From Podarcis cretensis (taxonomy: Eukaryota): a stretch of 64,000 bases of DNA. Below the pieces are notes generated by a model. It had not been told where the DNA came from. It did not search any database and saw nothing but the letters and a program-made list of their open reading frames with translations. The translations under genes and the position numbers were made by a program. The stretch is from positions 59,892,001 to 59,956,000 of the forward strand of contig OX638149.1 of the NCBI GenBank assembly GCA_951804945.1. The letters are read 5' to 3'. Positions 51,395 through 64,000 of the stretch are shown here, piece by piece; position 1 is the first letter of the stretch; each line of letters opens with the position of its first letter.

Positions 51395-51680
51395 AGACCT
51401 GCTTTATCAGGTCAAAAGCCCATCTAGTCCATCATCCTGTTCTCACAGCAGTCAACTAGATGCCTGAAGGCCAGAAGCAGAACCTGAGTTCAACAGCACT
51501 CTTTCCCACTTGTGCTTCCTAGCAACTTATATTCACTCCACAGTGAATTTTGTAGTTCAGCTGTGTGCTGTATGAAGAAGTACTTTGTTTTGCTTGTCCC
51601 GAATCTTCCAATGTTTGGAATGACCCAGTTTTCTAATATTATGAGAGGCAGAAAAACATCTCTCTATCCACTTTCTCCCT
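51395..51680 (-). mobile_element. Degraded CR1-like LINE fragment
   Basis: catctagtccatcatcctgttctcacagc and gaagaagtactttgttttgcttgtcc motifs, typical of an antisense CR1 3' region. Confidence 0.45.
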
Positions 51681-51916
51681 ATGCTTTAGCACAGCAAGTG
51701 TGGTGACAATTCCCACTAGGACAACACAGAGAGGAGGCATAGTTCTTTCTCTCAGTTCCCTGACACTTATCCAAAGAACAAAACATGCCATGATCACTGC
51801 CCAACATGGTACAGCAAATGCAGAGCTATAACAAATTCAAGAGGATGGAAAACTCTACTTAAATGTCTTAAATCTCCTATGTTAAAATGGGAATCAACAA
51901 ATATAGACTAGGCTTA

Positions 51917-52297
51917 AAGGTAAAGGTAAAGGTACCCCTGCCCGTACGGGCCAGTCTTGACAGACTCTGGGGTTGTGCGCCCATCTCACTTAAGAGGCCA
52001 GGGGCCAGCGCTGTCCGGAGACACTTCCGGGTCACGTGGCCAGCGTGACATCGCTGCTCTGGCGAGCCAGAGCTGCACACGGAAACGCCGTTTACCTTCC
52101 CGCTGGTAAGCGGTCCCTATTTATCTACTTGCACCCGGAGGTGCTTTCAAACTGCTAGGTTGGCAGGCGCTGGGACCGAGCAGCAGGAGCGCACCCCGCC
52201 GCAGGGATTCGAACTGCCGACCTTTCGATCGGCAAGTCCTAGGCGCTGAGGCTTTAACCCACAGCGCCACCTGCGTCCCTACGCCACCTGCGTCCCT
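51917..52297 (-). mobile_element. Sauria-type SINE with duplicated 5' 17-mer
   Basis: (AAAGGT)n at left; full body; 17-mer x2 at 52264-52297; 13-bp TSD TAGACTAGGCTTA (51904-51916, 52329-52341). Confidence 0.95.
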
Positions 52298-53505
52298 ACA
52301 CTAGACTACACTACACTACAGACTACACTAGACTAGGCTTACCAAACTTCTATCTGTCCTCATTAACCTCAATTCCCTCCACAAACCAAATCTTCTGGGA
52401 CATGCAGAGAGGACATTGACAGAGGCATTTCCTCTCAGTTGCACTGTGGCATGAAAAGAAAAACGGAACCTACAGAAATTTCCCTGCTTCCCCCCTTTTT
52501 TTCAAACTGCTATGCATGTCAGAAGGAGCTCCCCTTTCACCCCCAAGCTTCCTAAATGCAGCGAGAACAAATGGCTTCAATGAGAGGTGGAGATTTTTGT
52601 CAGTTGCACGGAAATTTCAGTAAGAAAACAGCTGGAGTCCTTCCTGTTCCTTAACTTACCCAAGCCTCCCTGCAAGTGAAACAAGATTCTGTCTCTCCTG
52701 AGACCTCCAGAATGTGCAGAGAGCTTAGAAGAGACACTGTTTTCTCTCACTTGTGATGCAGTTTGCACAAGAATCTGCACTGCAGAGTTTGTGAAGCTTA
52801 CTGGGAAACCTCATTAGAGGACTAGAGTTACTTGCTTCTAGTGAGATAGAACAGAGCAAACCTATGTTAAAATGAAGCACAGCCAATACAGTACAGGCAG
52901 TTCTGCACTAACTAGTGCAAGGATTAACAGGGGTCCCCCCCCACTCCTCCTCCCTGCATGCAGCCTGTGCCATCCTTAAAATCTGCTCACAATGGTGGGG
53001 TGGAGGTGGACAGGACATATTCTGCTGCACAAGAATAAATCCTTGCCCTGACGGAATGTTCACCGTAGTGCTATATTGAATACTGTACAACCATAAAGTG
53101 GGGAGTAGTGAAAGGTTCTTGGTGATTTATAAACGCTGAACATCTAATAGTGAATAAATGGTTATACAGAACTCCGTTCCTAAAATTTAAAACAAAGAAA
53201 CTGATCAATAGTGGAAATATCTTTGATCTCAGTGAGTCAGCTGCCTGCACAGGAAAACTGTTCTTAATCTTAGGTGCTGTGACACCGGGGGGGGGGGGGG
53301 TATTATCTTCTTACTTGTCTAGGAGCCCCTTGACTGCATCTCTTGGCAGTGAATGCGCAGGAGGGGGAGTCCAAAAACACACTCCAGTTAAAAGTCCCCA
53401 TAATTGAGCCCAAGGTTTGCTACAGGATTTCATTAACTCATGGTGGCTGTATGTACAAATAAGAAGTCTGGATGGAATCATAGAACTAAAAACCAAAATA
53501 CTCAC

Positions 53506-53574
53506 TTCATCAAACCTCCTGTCTGTGCCCATAACTAGAAGGTTGTTGAACTCTCGTTCCAGCACAGCACGAGC
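53506..53574 (-). CDS. PPFIA1: Liprin-alpha-1 coding exon (end of SAM3)
   Basis: ARAVLEREFNNLLVMGTDRRFDE; tag/gtgagt; 69 nt. Confidence 0.97.
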
Positions 53575-53855
53575 CTAAGTGAACAAGAATTAGCAAAACT
53601 TATTTCAAACTTTTGGGTTACAGTTGGAAAATCTTTATGTATAAGATATTGAATATCTGGCACCTAGAGTCAACATATGCTTCCCACTTCTGCCTTAAAA
53701 AACGTTAAATCTCAATCCCACAGATTCATTATGCTCTTTGACATCAATACAGTATTTCAGGGTTAAAATAGGCCACACACTACAAATTCTTATTCAGTGT
53801 TGTATTCTGATAATGAGTAAGAATCATCCCCATCAAATTATTTCTTCATTATTAC

Positions 53856-54031
53856 CTGCGTATTTTGAGTGGGAATTTGTAGAGAAAGAGCTAATGCATT
53901 GTAATCAAAAGTTTCATCTAAGGCCACAAGTGCGCCATGAACTCCACTTTCTATAAGGTTATTTGCATATTCTTTGAGACCAATCGACACCACCCAGTGA
54001 ATCATTCTGTCATTGCTCCAGACAAGGACAT
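53856..54031 (-). CDS. PPFIA1: Liprin-alpha-1 coding exon (SAM3)
   Basis: (D)[58 protein letters not shown]; cag/gtaata; 176 nt. Confidence 0.97.
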
Positions 54032-55412
54032 CTGCACGGGGGAAAGTAAAGTTATGAGTTACTAAAAAGTTGACAATATATATAAAATACAATTTCTTTC
54101 AGGTGTGGTTCCTGTACTGCATACTACTGAAGCTTAGAAATAAATGTTGGGACTGCATTGCCACTTGATTAAAATTAGTATCAAATGAAGTGTTTTATAC
54201 ATTGTCAACAGTTTGTATTGTTCGGCACCAAATACAGATGGGACTGTAAATACGGAAGGTATGAAGCAGCTAAATGTCTGATACTGGCATATAATAGTTA
54301 TGAAATATTCCTTCAACACTGTAGACACTGGGGGGAATCTAACATTGCACAAGGCAACTGACGTAAACCTTTCTCCCCTTGCCCCTGTAATCTTCCCAAA
54401 ATTGTTCCAGAGCATTCCCCAACACTCTGGAATAGATCTTGAAGGCACATGGGTAGCAGTAGGGGAGGAAGGGAAGACCAAATATCATTGCAGGAGCTCA
54501 GTTTGTTGTGTGAACTGAAATCTACTGTGTTTGCTCATTGTGTGTTGGATACAGCTCTTAATATTAAAAAACTGCAAGGCAAATATTTCTAAATATTAAT
54601 TATTTTGCATTTGTTTGCTTCAAGAATTTGAATACTGTTTAATCACGGTAGTCTCTAAAACACAATTTTAGCAAACTTTATGTATCCTTTAAAGAAACAA
54701 AAACATCCATAGCATTCGAAATCTGACCTCAAAGCTCCTTGTGCAGCTATTCCAGTCTCTTTTGATGCCTAGCATTTCTCTCTCACTGGAATTGCAAAAG
54801 CGCTTTTATTATATTAATTTCACCCACTCCCTCTGGTTAAATATTTCCACTCAAGTTAGATGTTGTATTGTGTTTTAATTTGTTGGAAGCCACTCAGAAT
54901 AGCTGGGGCAACCAGTCAGATGGGCAGCATATTAAAAATTGTTTTTTATTATTATTAACTACTGTATTCTTGCAACTATGAGAGTAAGCACTATTAAGAA
55001 TACCTGTATCTTGCCCCGTTAAATTGCACCACAAGGGTGAGATCAGAACAACACTAGTTTTTTACTGAGCAGATTCTTCCTTCTTTCACAAATGAATAGG
55101 GCCAGTAGTTGTACATATAATTGTTTAGGAAGGAAAAGAAATATAGGCACTTGTTTACAGTTCAAGGGTATTTTAGATAGCACACCACAGATTTAGTGTT
55201 TCCAGTACGCAGTCAAAACATTCTGAACACAGGACCTAACAACACTATGCTAGACCCCATAAACACCAGCTCTATACAAAATATAACAGTGGCATGAATC
55301 TACCATTGAACATACTTGCAACTTGGGAGATTTTTCAATCAACAGAAAATATAGGATCATGATTTCATATACTTCTCATAAGTAGAGTCAATCCAGGAAA
55401 GAAAATGGCTAC

Positions 55413-55510
55413 CTTTAATCTCATTCAAACCTTCCTCTCTTCTTCTTTCAAGTTCTTTTCGGTCATAATTTAATCTCCGCAGACACATAATGCCACACTG
55501 GAAACTATTT
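55413..55510 (-). CDS. PPFIA1: Liprin-alpha-1 coding exon (end of SAM2)
   Basis: [32 protein letters not shown]; cag/gtagcc; 98 nt. Confidence 0.97.
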
Positions 55511-55605
55511 CTGTTAAAAGGTTAAAAAGTACATAGGCATTAGGAAAGTATGTTGAAATGCACAGTCAAAATGCTCGTTAATAAAGACTATTTTAAATCT
55601 ATTTA

Positions 55606-55782
<177 letters not shown>

Positions 55783-56810
55783 CTATTTAAAGAAAACCAT
55801 TGAAGTGTAATTTTAAATAAGAAGGTGTAAAATATTTAGTCAGTGCCTTACAGTTTCACACAAGAAAGAGGTTGCAACTACTGAAGATGCAAAGCAATGT
55901 TTTAAAAATTAAAACCACTTCAAACTTTAATTATACAGCAACTAGCATTTATTTAGGTGAACAGCGAAGAATGATTTGAAGACGCACATTGTCAAACTCT
56001 CTGATAGTGCCAGGGCTGCAGCCTCCTGGTACATTTCAATTCCCCATTTCAAACTTTGACCTGCTTTGCACAACTGGGTACGGCAAACAATGACTTAGTA
56101 AGACTGTGAGAACCTGCTCTTGGAGAGGAGCTGTTTTCCTCTCCTCTGAACTTTCATTTAAGTTCTCTCCTGACTAACCACGAGCTACAGAGAAGTTTGT
56201 TCTTGGCCACAGCTCATGGTCAGTGAGAGGATGGCTTAACCATGATTCCTGGTTTGGATGATACACTAAAGCCAAACTTTAGCTTAGTCAGCATGGTGCA
56301 GTTGTAAAAATGAGTAGGGAGGGGCAAATGAGCTCTGAGCTCCCCTGCATGTTTGCACAGCCTCAGTGAAGTCATATTTTGGCTTACCATGTCATGTGAA
56401 GCCATCCCTTCACATGTTTACAATGTGAATCACTGGCATTGGCCAGTTATGCAAAGTGGGAAGTGGCTGCTGTTAGAAAGATGTTATTAACTTATTTAAA
56501 CAGATTTTAGTTGAATCTGAATGCATTGTGACAGAAACAAAAATCAGCAAAAGGCACACATTTTGTTGCTGTGCTATCACAAGCCGGTGATGAACTCCAG
56601 GAGAACAAGCCTCAAAAGTAGGTAATATAATGCCAACCTCCATGCCAAATAATTTCTCAAAATAAATTTTGGGTGAGTTAACATTTGAAATATTTACTCA
56701 TTAATTTCCCCTCAAAAATGTTTTTCAATGTATTTTTTTAAAAAAAAGTTTTCTATGGTTAAATAAACTTTGATGTTTTACACAGAAGGTTTAAAAGAAA
56801 AGTCTCCAAC

Positions 56811-56837
56811 CTGAGCCCAGCTTCCTTCCACATCTTC
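56811..56837 (-). CDS. PPFIA1: Liprin-alpha-1 27-nt alternative microexon (SAM1-SAM2 linker)
   Basis: EDVEGSWAQ; cag/gttgga; phase 0-0; matches the EGSWAQ linker motif of liprin-alpha-2. Confidence 0.85.
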
Positions 56838-57029
56838 CTGATGTTACGTAATTAGAAAAGCAAAAGAACACACAAATGTTAGTATTTGTAAGTTTAGTAA
56901 TGCAAGAAAATTCAAGGTGATGGCCGCAGTCCAGTGTGCAAAAAATAATCAAATGGCTGAACTGTGCAAACCTGTAGAAGGCTTGGCATCAATAAACTTC
57001 TCAAAACAAGCATTATGACTGTTGAAATA

Positions 57030-57030
<1 letters not shown>

Positions 57031-57068
<38 letters not shown>

Positions 57069-57092
57069 GAGTGATTGATTGATTGATTGATT
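57031..57092. repeat. Compound (TTA)n/(GATT)n microsatellite, probably the tail of a short L2-type fragment
   Basis: Read directly; adjacent ccctatacccagg...cagggcagtttaca resembles antisense L2 3' ends. Confidence 0.85.
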
Positions 57093-57710
57093 GAATTTAT
57101 ATACTACCCTATACCCAGGGGTCTCAGGGCAGTTTACAGAATAAAATCAATATATAAAACCACAAAATACATAATAAAATTATGTCACATTTAGTATATG
57201 TATCCTAGCAAGGAACAGTGTACATAGTCCTTTCTGTGCATAAAATGACACCTCTGGAATGTGGCCATAATGGAAAGGCAAAATAATAGCATGCTAATTG
57301 TTAGGAATGCAAGCATCATGCATTCAAAGTTATGTACATAAGAATTTCTCAATATATTTATACCCTTGTGTAAATTGAAACACCACATGCTGCTTAGTTT
57401 ATCCACACAAGAAGCAGTCTTTAGCTGTAAACCCAAGTAAAATATTAGGCAACATCTTAAGAATTCAAAATCAACGCACTGATTTTGCCTTCAGTGCACA
57501 TAATTTCTCCCAACCCCATGATGACCTTGGTGGAAAAACATTTTACAGCATAATTATACATTTCAGAGAAGGTTAGTAATTAAAATAGGCCATAACCAAG
57601 AAGAATTAATATTTCTACTCTTTTCAGAGACATTAAGAGGCACATGATTCAAGCACTCAAGAAGTGGGAAAAGCACTGTAAACACAAAAAGGTTCAGTGC
57701 TATAACTAAC

Positions 57711-57773
57711 CGTTTGTGGTGTAGATGTAAGATTTTCCATTTCTTCATGTGTTACCCAGACATTTCCTGTGGT
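57711..57773 (-). CDS. PPFIA1: Liprin-alpha-1 63-nt alternative exon (SAM1-SAM2 linker)
   Basis: TTGNVWVTHEEMENLTSTPQT; tag/gttagt; phase 0-0; GNVWVTHEEMENL motif shared with liprin-alpha-2. Confidence 0.9.
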
Positions 57774-59673
57774 CTAATATGACCCCAAAGTGAACCAATC
57801 ACATCCAATGAAAGGAAAGCAGTAACAAAGAGGAAAGGTTGCAGAATATATAAGCAACAGGTACATATAAGGAGCAGGCATGGGCAAAAGCAATGGTTTC
57901 TAGATTGTTAAGTACAGACTGATGTAAGATGCAAGCCTGCAAGCAAACATTTCCCTTCAAATAACAACTTAATGTATACCCTGTATTTAAGCAAAATTAG
58001 AAAAAGTATAATTCCTCATAATATGACTTCTAGGTGTACTCCTTACACTTAGCAGTGCCAAGTAATACTTTGGGATTCTTCATTTTAGTTCCTTAGAGTG
58101 CATCTATCCTTCTGAAGAAACTTACTGTATCCCCTTGTATACTATGTGCCAATTCACATGCAATGCCAAATCATGGTTGGCAGTACTTGAACAAGTTGTG
58201 TTTGTGTACTCATGCCTCCCCTTGAACACTCCAAAGCACTTACAGGTTTGTGGTAAACCATAGATTTTTGTTACATCAGAAAAACTATGGCTTGCCTTTG
58301 CTCCAAATCAGGATTGCAAACCAGAGTTTGAAGATCAGTCATGTAACACCAAATCATGGCTGGCATTATATGTGAACCACCTCAGTTTAGGCAGGTTGCT
58401 TTTGAGACCAAATTATATAGAATGCAATCAGATTAAGTTTATACATAATATAATACATAAATATACATAACATGTATTTATGATAAGCCAAGAGCATATG
58501 TGGCAATAATTGTTCCATGAGCACAGGAACTCTGGATCCTAACATGAAATGGATCCTGCTTATTCTTTGTCAGTCAGCTTTCTTTCAAATCACTCTACAA
58601 ACACAGCAGATATTCACAAGACACAGTCACCATCACTCTCACTCCAGCCCCACAATGAGATGTGCATATGTAGCCTATATGGATGCAGATTTGCATCTGT
58701 ATGCACATCCACAGCACAGTATTTATCAAGACCCCACTGAACTGGCTGACATTCTGCACCCCAGATGTAAATAATGAAATGTGATTCAATTGTGGCAGGC
58801 AAAACAACCTGTCTTCAGCATGTGCCCCCACCCCACACAAGAATACAACACAGGTACAACTTCCTTTAGTTCCACTTTTAAAAGGGGATTGCTTTCATGT
58901 AACATGCCTGAAATAGGGTGGTAATGTATCTTTAAATACTGGGTTCACAAATTTTGGCTGGCCTTGGTAGCCAAGCAAAGGTTTGACTTGTCAGGACTCT
59001 GCCTTTCCTTCAGGACAGGTTTTATCCCCAATCTAAGTCGGGTGCTTTTCAAAGCAACCCCCTCCTCCCTTTTGAGTCCCAGAAACTGTGTTGTGTTATA
59101 CAAGGTACTCCAAGTGTCCTGGAAGAACACAGTAAAATCAAGCCCCATGCCTCTTCTCCAGAGCCGGAAACACAAAAGGATCTCTGCTCCAAAATATTCT
59201 AAACTGAGATGAGGGTTGGGGGTTGCTTTGATGCTGTGCTTCCAAAGTGCTTGGAAAGCCTTAGAAAAGGAGCAGTACTCTGTGGATGATACTTGCCCCA
59301 TTCTCCAGCTCCAAATTTGGGAGGCTGGAGGCGTGTCATGCTCAACAGAAGAACACAGGATACTCATCATGGTGAGCAAAATTGTGGACCCCTGCTTACA
59401 CTAACAAACATCTAGTTAAAAATATTAGTGTTGCCTAACATTTCAAACATGTCTTTAAATCTTAGCATGCCATAAATGATCCCAAGAACCTGCAGTCATT
59501 ACTTTTTTAAGCACAGTTACTAACCATAACTTTTTGCAAACTTGTTTCAACAGGTCACTTCATCTTGTCATAAGAACTATCCCTAACTTTATTTTTATTT
59601 TATTATATTTGTCTTTTTTAATGCAGACCGCCACAAAAAGCAGAATTCTAAAAGATATGCTAGCTTCTCTTTA

Positions 59674-59931
<258 letters not shown>

Positions 59932-59995
59932 TCACCCACAAGTTTCAAGTTAGAAGCCATGCTGCACTGAGTTCATTATTGTGAAGACTCCTTAC

Positions 59996-60077
59996 CTCTA
60001 ACCAGACAACCACAGTTGGCCCATCCCACTGAGCAAAGGGTAAACCTTGCCTCCGGGCTTCCTCAAGCAGTTCATGC
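59996..60077 (-). CDS. PPFIA1: Liprin-alpha-1 coding exon (SAM1 start)
   Basis: [27 protein letters not shown]; aag/gtaagg; 82 nt. Confidence 0.97.
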
Positions 60078-61832
60078 CTTTAAAAAACAGCAAAATATAC
60101 TTGTGAAGTGCTTGTATTTTTACTGATTGTCCTTCAGCGATTTCCCCCTTGGTTTCAGCAACTCTATGAACACAGCAAATTGTCGAAGAGCAACAGCAGC
60201 ATGGCAAGCACACTGCATGAGATAAGTAGAAAAGTCACATTAGAATAATGGATTGCACCAGACCTTTGGAAAGCAGAATCCATTACACTGCTGAAGCTCC
60301 TGGTCTAAATTAGTTATCATGTGCAGGTACACTAGACAAGCACTACCTAGGGGAGAATAGTTTCTACATGAAAGGTTTGGGCAGCCTCAATATGAAGGGG
60401 TTTCAAAACCTGTATTTACTGTTACCAAGAACCACTGACAAGTATATTAAGTAAATGCATGCAACACTCTTTTGGGGTTCTGCTTTTTTAAGCGGTGTGG
60501 GGAACGCTATCTTTTGGGAAAGTCTATTAGTGATCTTTTCCCTTAAGAACTCTTATGACATTGAGGATTCTAAGGGTTCCTAACACAATTTGAGAAGTAC
60601 CATCCCTTAAAATTCGAAAACGAAACAGAAGAGGGCCGAAACTATTTTCTACCTTATTTTATTATATGACTATGAATGCATGTTCTCTAATCTAAAACAT
60701 ATGCTCATTTTCTAAATACACATTAGACACAGCGAAGGGAGAAACTGTATGTGAAAATGCTAGGGAGTATAATGGTAGATGAGCTGAGGAACTTGACTGT
60801 TCTGTAGCCGAACTGATTCACTCTTCTTCGGTTGACAACAGCACCCACTACAAAAGTACATTTCTGCAATACATTTTTTCTAAAGAAATCAACTCAAACA
60901 GTTTAAAATCAAATGCTAGGACTAAAGAATTTATGTCAAGAATTTTTGTTTGACAGCACACCAACAAGTTATGGCAGGATTCATGAATTATACCTAATTC
61001 ATGAAGATGCTGACAGGATTTTGCTGAAAATGTTTCAGCAGAATGTTTTTTAGAATCTTGCAAGGAAAATAATTCAAAAAGGTAATGTCTGATGTTTTAA
61101 CACAAATCTTTTAAAAAAGAGTTTCCCAATACATCACACATTCACATTCTGCAAAAGTTAAATTAAAAGCAACTTACCCTGATTTTGCACTACCACACCA
61201 AATGGAAAATTTAAAAGGAAATAAAGAAAATAAAATGTAAAACTAAAACTTGAAAAGCACTTAATATAGATAAAAGTGAATATGATAGTGTATGGTGATG
61301 CACTATGGGTGAATAAAAGATAGACAGAACACTGACTGACAAGACGAGCAATGCATTTGTTTTTCTACTTACAGGATAGCACAAAATGAATTTCCTCTAA
61401 CAACCTTTCCCCTGTCCCACTCTGTACCCATGTTATTCACTCAGGTCCTGAGACTCAATGTACCAGCAAAGATTATTTATTTATTTATTTATTTATATTA
61501 TTATTATTTCAACTTACAGCTGTTTCTCAGTTCCCAATGCGTCATATAATAATAGTGATAAAATGAACAGGAAACAGTATACAATCCAGTATACAATCCA
61601 GTATAGCCATCTTTCACTCTAGCTATTCTTAAAGGTTCAGTAAAGCTGCATAATTTAAAGGAAAACAGCAGACATTTCTTAAGATAAACCTGATTTTTTG
61701 TCATAGTTTTATATCCATTTTCTTGATATCTTGAGATTTTTGGTAACAGGAAAATTCAATTCTAACTTGAAGCAACAGTTTGCAGAATATTCACTGTTTA
61801 GATATCAGAACTGAGGAGAAGTTAAAACTTAC

Positions 61833-61926
61833 TTTTTTTGCAATTTTCTATTTTTTTCTGCTTGTCCTCCCAATTTTCCAAGTCCCAAGCCATCCTGAGT
61901 TGAACTGTCTGCTTCCATTACACTAA
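61833..61926 (-). CDS. PPFIA1: Liprin-alpha-1 coding exon
   Basis: (V)SVMEADSSTQDGLGLGKLGGQAEKNRKLQK(K); cag/gtaagt; 94 nt. Confidence 0.96.
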
Positions 61927-63151
61927 CTGCAAGAATGAAAAAAACCTGTCATGTACTTAACTTTAGCACGCAGCAGAATTACAGTAATGAATGTCATTTG
62001 TGTTTATTTCCAACATACAAGTTTGTTTGCAGTACAACAGTGTAAAATGTTATACATACATTGGGCAGGTTCCAGAATTAAAACACAGCAGTTACATTTG
62101 CGTTAGAGGAGACAGAGGGAGGCAGGCAATTTTTGCCCATTTGTCCTTCCCCCTGAAAATTTGCTCTGGAGAACTGGAGGGCTCTCCAGAGCAGAATAAG
62201 AGGCAGTGATGAGGGATGAAGAGGGAATTAGTGGATGGGGACCCTTTCTCCAGCAGGGAACTTCCAGTGGATCACAGTTGGTCCTATGAGCAAAAAGAAC
62301 TCTTTCCTTTATGGAAGTGACTCTCAAGTTCCAACTGTATAGTTCAAAAGCCAGTAAACCTTTGTTTACCAAGAGACAATGAACAGTGAACATCAATATA
62401 AAATGGAGACACCCTGAGCTCCTTAGAGAAAAGGTGGGATATAAACACAGTAGTAATAAATAAAATATTATGATTGTAGTAGAAACTGATACACCTACAT
62501 TTCCTGTAGCTATCAATTTCCTGCAGCTGCTTTATCTGATGATTTCAAAGCCACATAACAATTGAACAAAAGGACTTCCCTTGATATGTAAAATTGGACC
62601 CTGTATCATTGGATTTTTTAATCGATCTGCTTTTCTACATCTTTATCGTTTATGTTGATTTATACTACTTATATACCACTTGGAAATATTCCTAAATAAA
62701 TCCATCCATCTACTTAAGAGCCCACCCCTAGTTTCCTTGACATACTCAGTGGTGGATGCTGTGAATTGACCCAGATGGGTAGGCAAAGGCCAGGGACTGC
62801 TTGGTCACTGCTTTGGGGTCTCATGGCAGTGAGGTGCAAGACAATCGTGCTTACGTGATAAGCAGCACAAGTAGTATTTTGAACAGCAATCAAATAAATA
62901 TAAAATGCTTACTAAGGTCAGCTCTGGAAGAATCACAGTTATTTGCCTCAGATCTAATACCTTTCATTTTGGATTTCTGCTGAGACAGTCATCTGCATAG
63001 CCAAGGACACCAACTTCCACTTATGCCTATACTAGCATAGGTAGGTGTAATCTGCATACCACACAGCTAAGACTTCTTTACCTTATACCCTATACAACAA
63101 TTAGCCTAAGAATTGCTGTGCCTTCTGTTCTAGGTACAATAATGCACCAAC

Positions 63152-63324
63152 CTTGTCCTCCGCTCTCTTTGCTGATCTGTCCAGGTCGACCCTTTTCTTT
63201 CTTACCAAATAGGCGCCCGATTGAGGATTTTATCCCCTTCTTTTTAGGGGCTTTGTGAAGGGAATCTTGGCTACTATTACTGCTGCTGGGATTGCTTACT
63301 TGACCATCTTGAGAACCTGTGGAA
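63152..63324 (-). CDS. PPFIA1: Liprin-alpha-1 coding exon
   Basis: [57 protein letters not shown]; cag/gttggt; 173 nt. Confidence 0.97.
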
Positions 63325-63782
63325 CTGTAGAGTAGATACAGTTAAGTCTATAAAAATATGCACTATACACATTTTGGGTTATATTCAACACAGTGCTACT
63401 GAAATTAGTCTGTCCACACAAGTATTTCTGTGAAAGTGTCTTCGGGATTTTCTGTTTGTATTATATTTTCTGTTTTGTTCTGTTTCAATTGTACACCACC
63501 CAAAAACAGTAATAGCTGGTATAAAATTCTGTAAATAACTAACTAAATAGCAAACAATGGAAGTAGAAGTCTGAGGAGAAAGGGAGCCAAGGAGGAGAAA
63601 GGGGAAGTTGAGGAAACACACAGTATGAGCTGTTGGCAGTCAATGAGAAATCCTGAAGCTAGGAGTTTGCATCCAAGGACTCCAAAAAGCCAATATCATA
63701 TACTGATTTTATGTTACGCAACAAAACAAAACATAGGATGACAGTCTTCAGTTTAGCTATATTCTATTTAAACATAACTTAC

Positions 63783-63934
63783 TTTCTTAGATCTCTTAAA
63801 TCTTCATGGCTCACTGTATGCAAGGCACCCTTATAGGTTCTATCTAAATGCAGAGATCGAGGTGAAGAGGGTGGTGAGGTCTCACATTTTATTGTAGCCT
63901 TGTCATCTCTAACTTCTTCTCTTGAAACTGGAGA
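63783..63934 (-). CDS. PPFIA1: Liprin-alpha-1 coding exon (gene continues beyond the window)
   Basis: SPVSREEVRDDKATIKCETSPPSSPRSLHLDRTYKGALHTVSHEDLRDLR(N); cag/gtaagt; 152 nt. Confidence 0.96.
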
Positions 63935-64000
63935 CTGCAAACAAACACAATTTAAGTATTACTTCATCTCTAAGAGGCAGAGTGCTCACAGTAAAGATTC

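Noticed and set aside
61373-61396. Possible 24-nt in-frame PPFIA1 microexon (ag...gtaagt)
   Set aside because: The sequence upstream of the AG is purine-rich with no polypyrimidine tract.

Overview
Vertebrate, intron-rich genomic DNA. The Sauria-type SINEs with (ACCTTT)n tails plus L2/CR1 LINE fragments and hAT MITEs point to a squamate, probably a lacertid lizard (inference). The window holds (i) the complete cortactin gene CTTN on the minus strand: CpG-island promoter near 40.1-41.3 kb and 16 coding exons from 36814 to 13187, hand-assembled into an intact 1677-nt CDS (558 aa); (ii) the 3' half of liprin-alpha-1 PPFIA1 on the minus strand, from the window edge to a poly(A) signal near 45165, including the three SAM domains and the PDZ-binding end VRTYSC; and (iii) probably the long 3' UTR of SHANK2 on the plus strand in the first ~4 kb, inferred from synteny only. 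There are no prokaryotic features and I found no evidence of a wholly new gene or system. The best leads concern splicing and transposons. A hidden alternative PPFIA1 C-terminus (VYPHYFYR) lies in the 3'-UTR exon, with Rbfox/QKI motifs at the skippable PDZ exon. PPFIA1 has 63-nt and 27-nt cassettes and a candidate 12-nt microexon. The 111-nt cortactin repeat exons have weak donors, one of them GC. An inverted pair of young SINEs brackets the CTTN start-codon exons. Two SINE copies have tandemly amplified 5' ends. All coordinates were read by eye; repeat and UTR boundaries are approximate.
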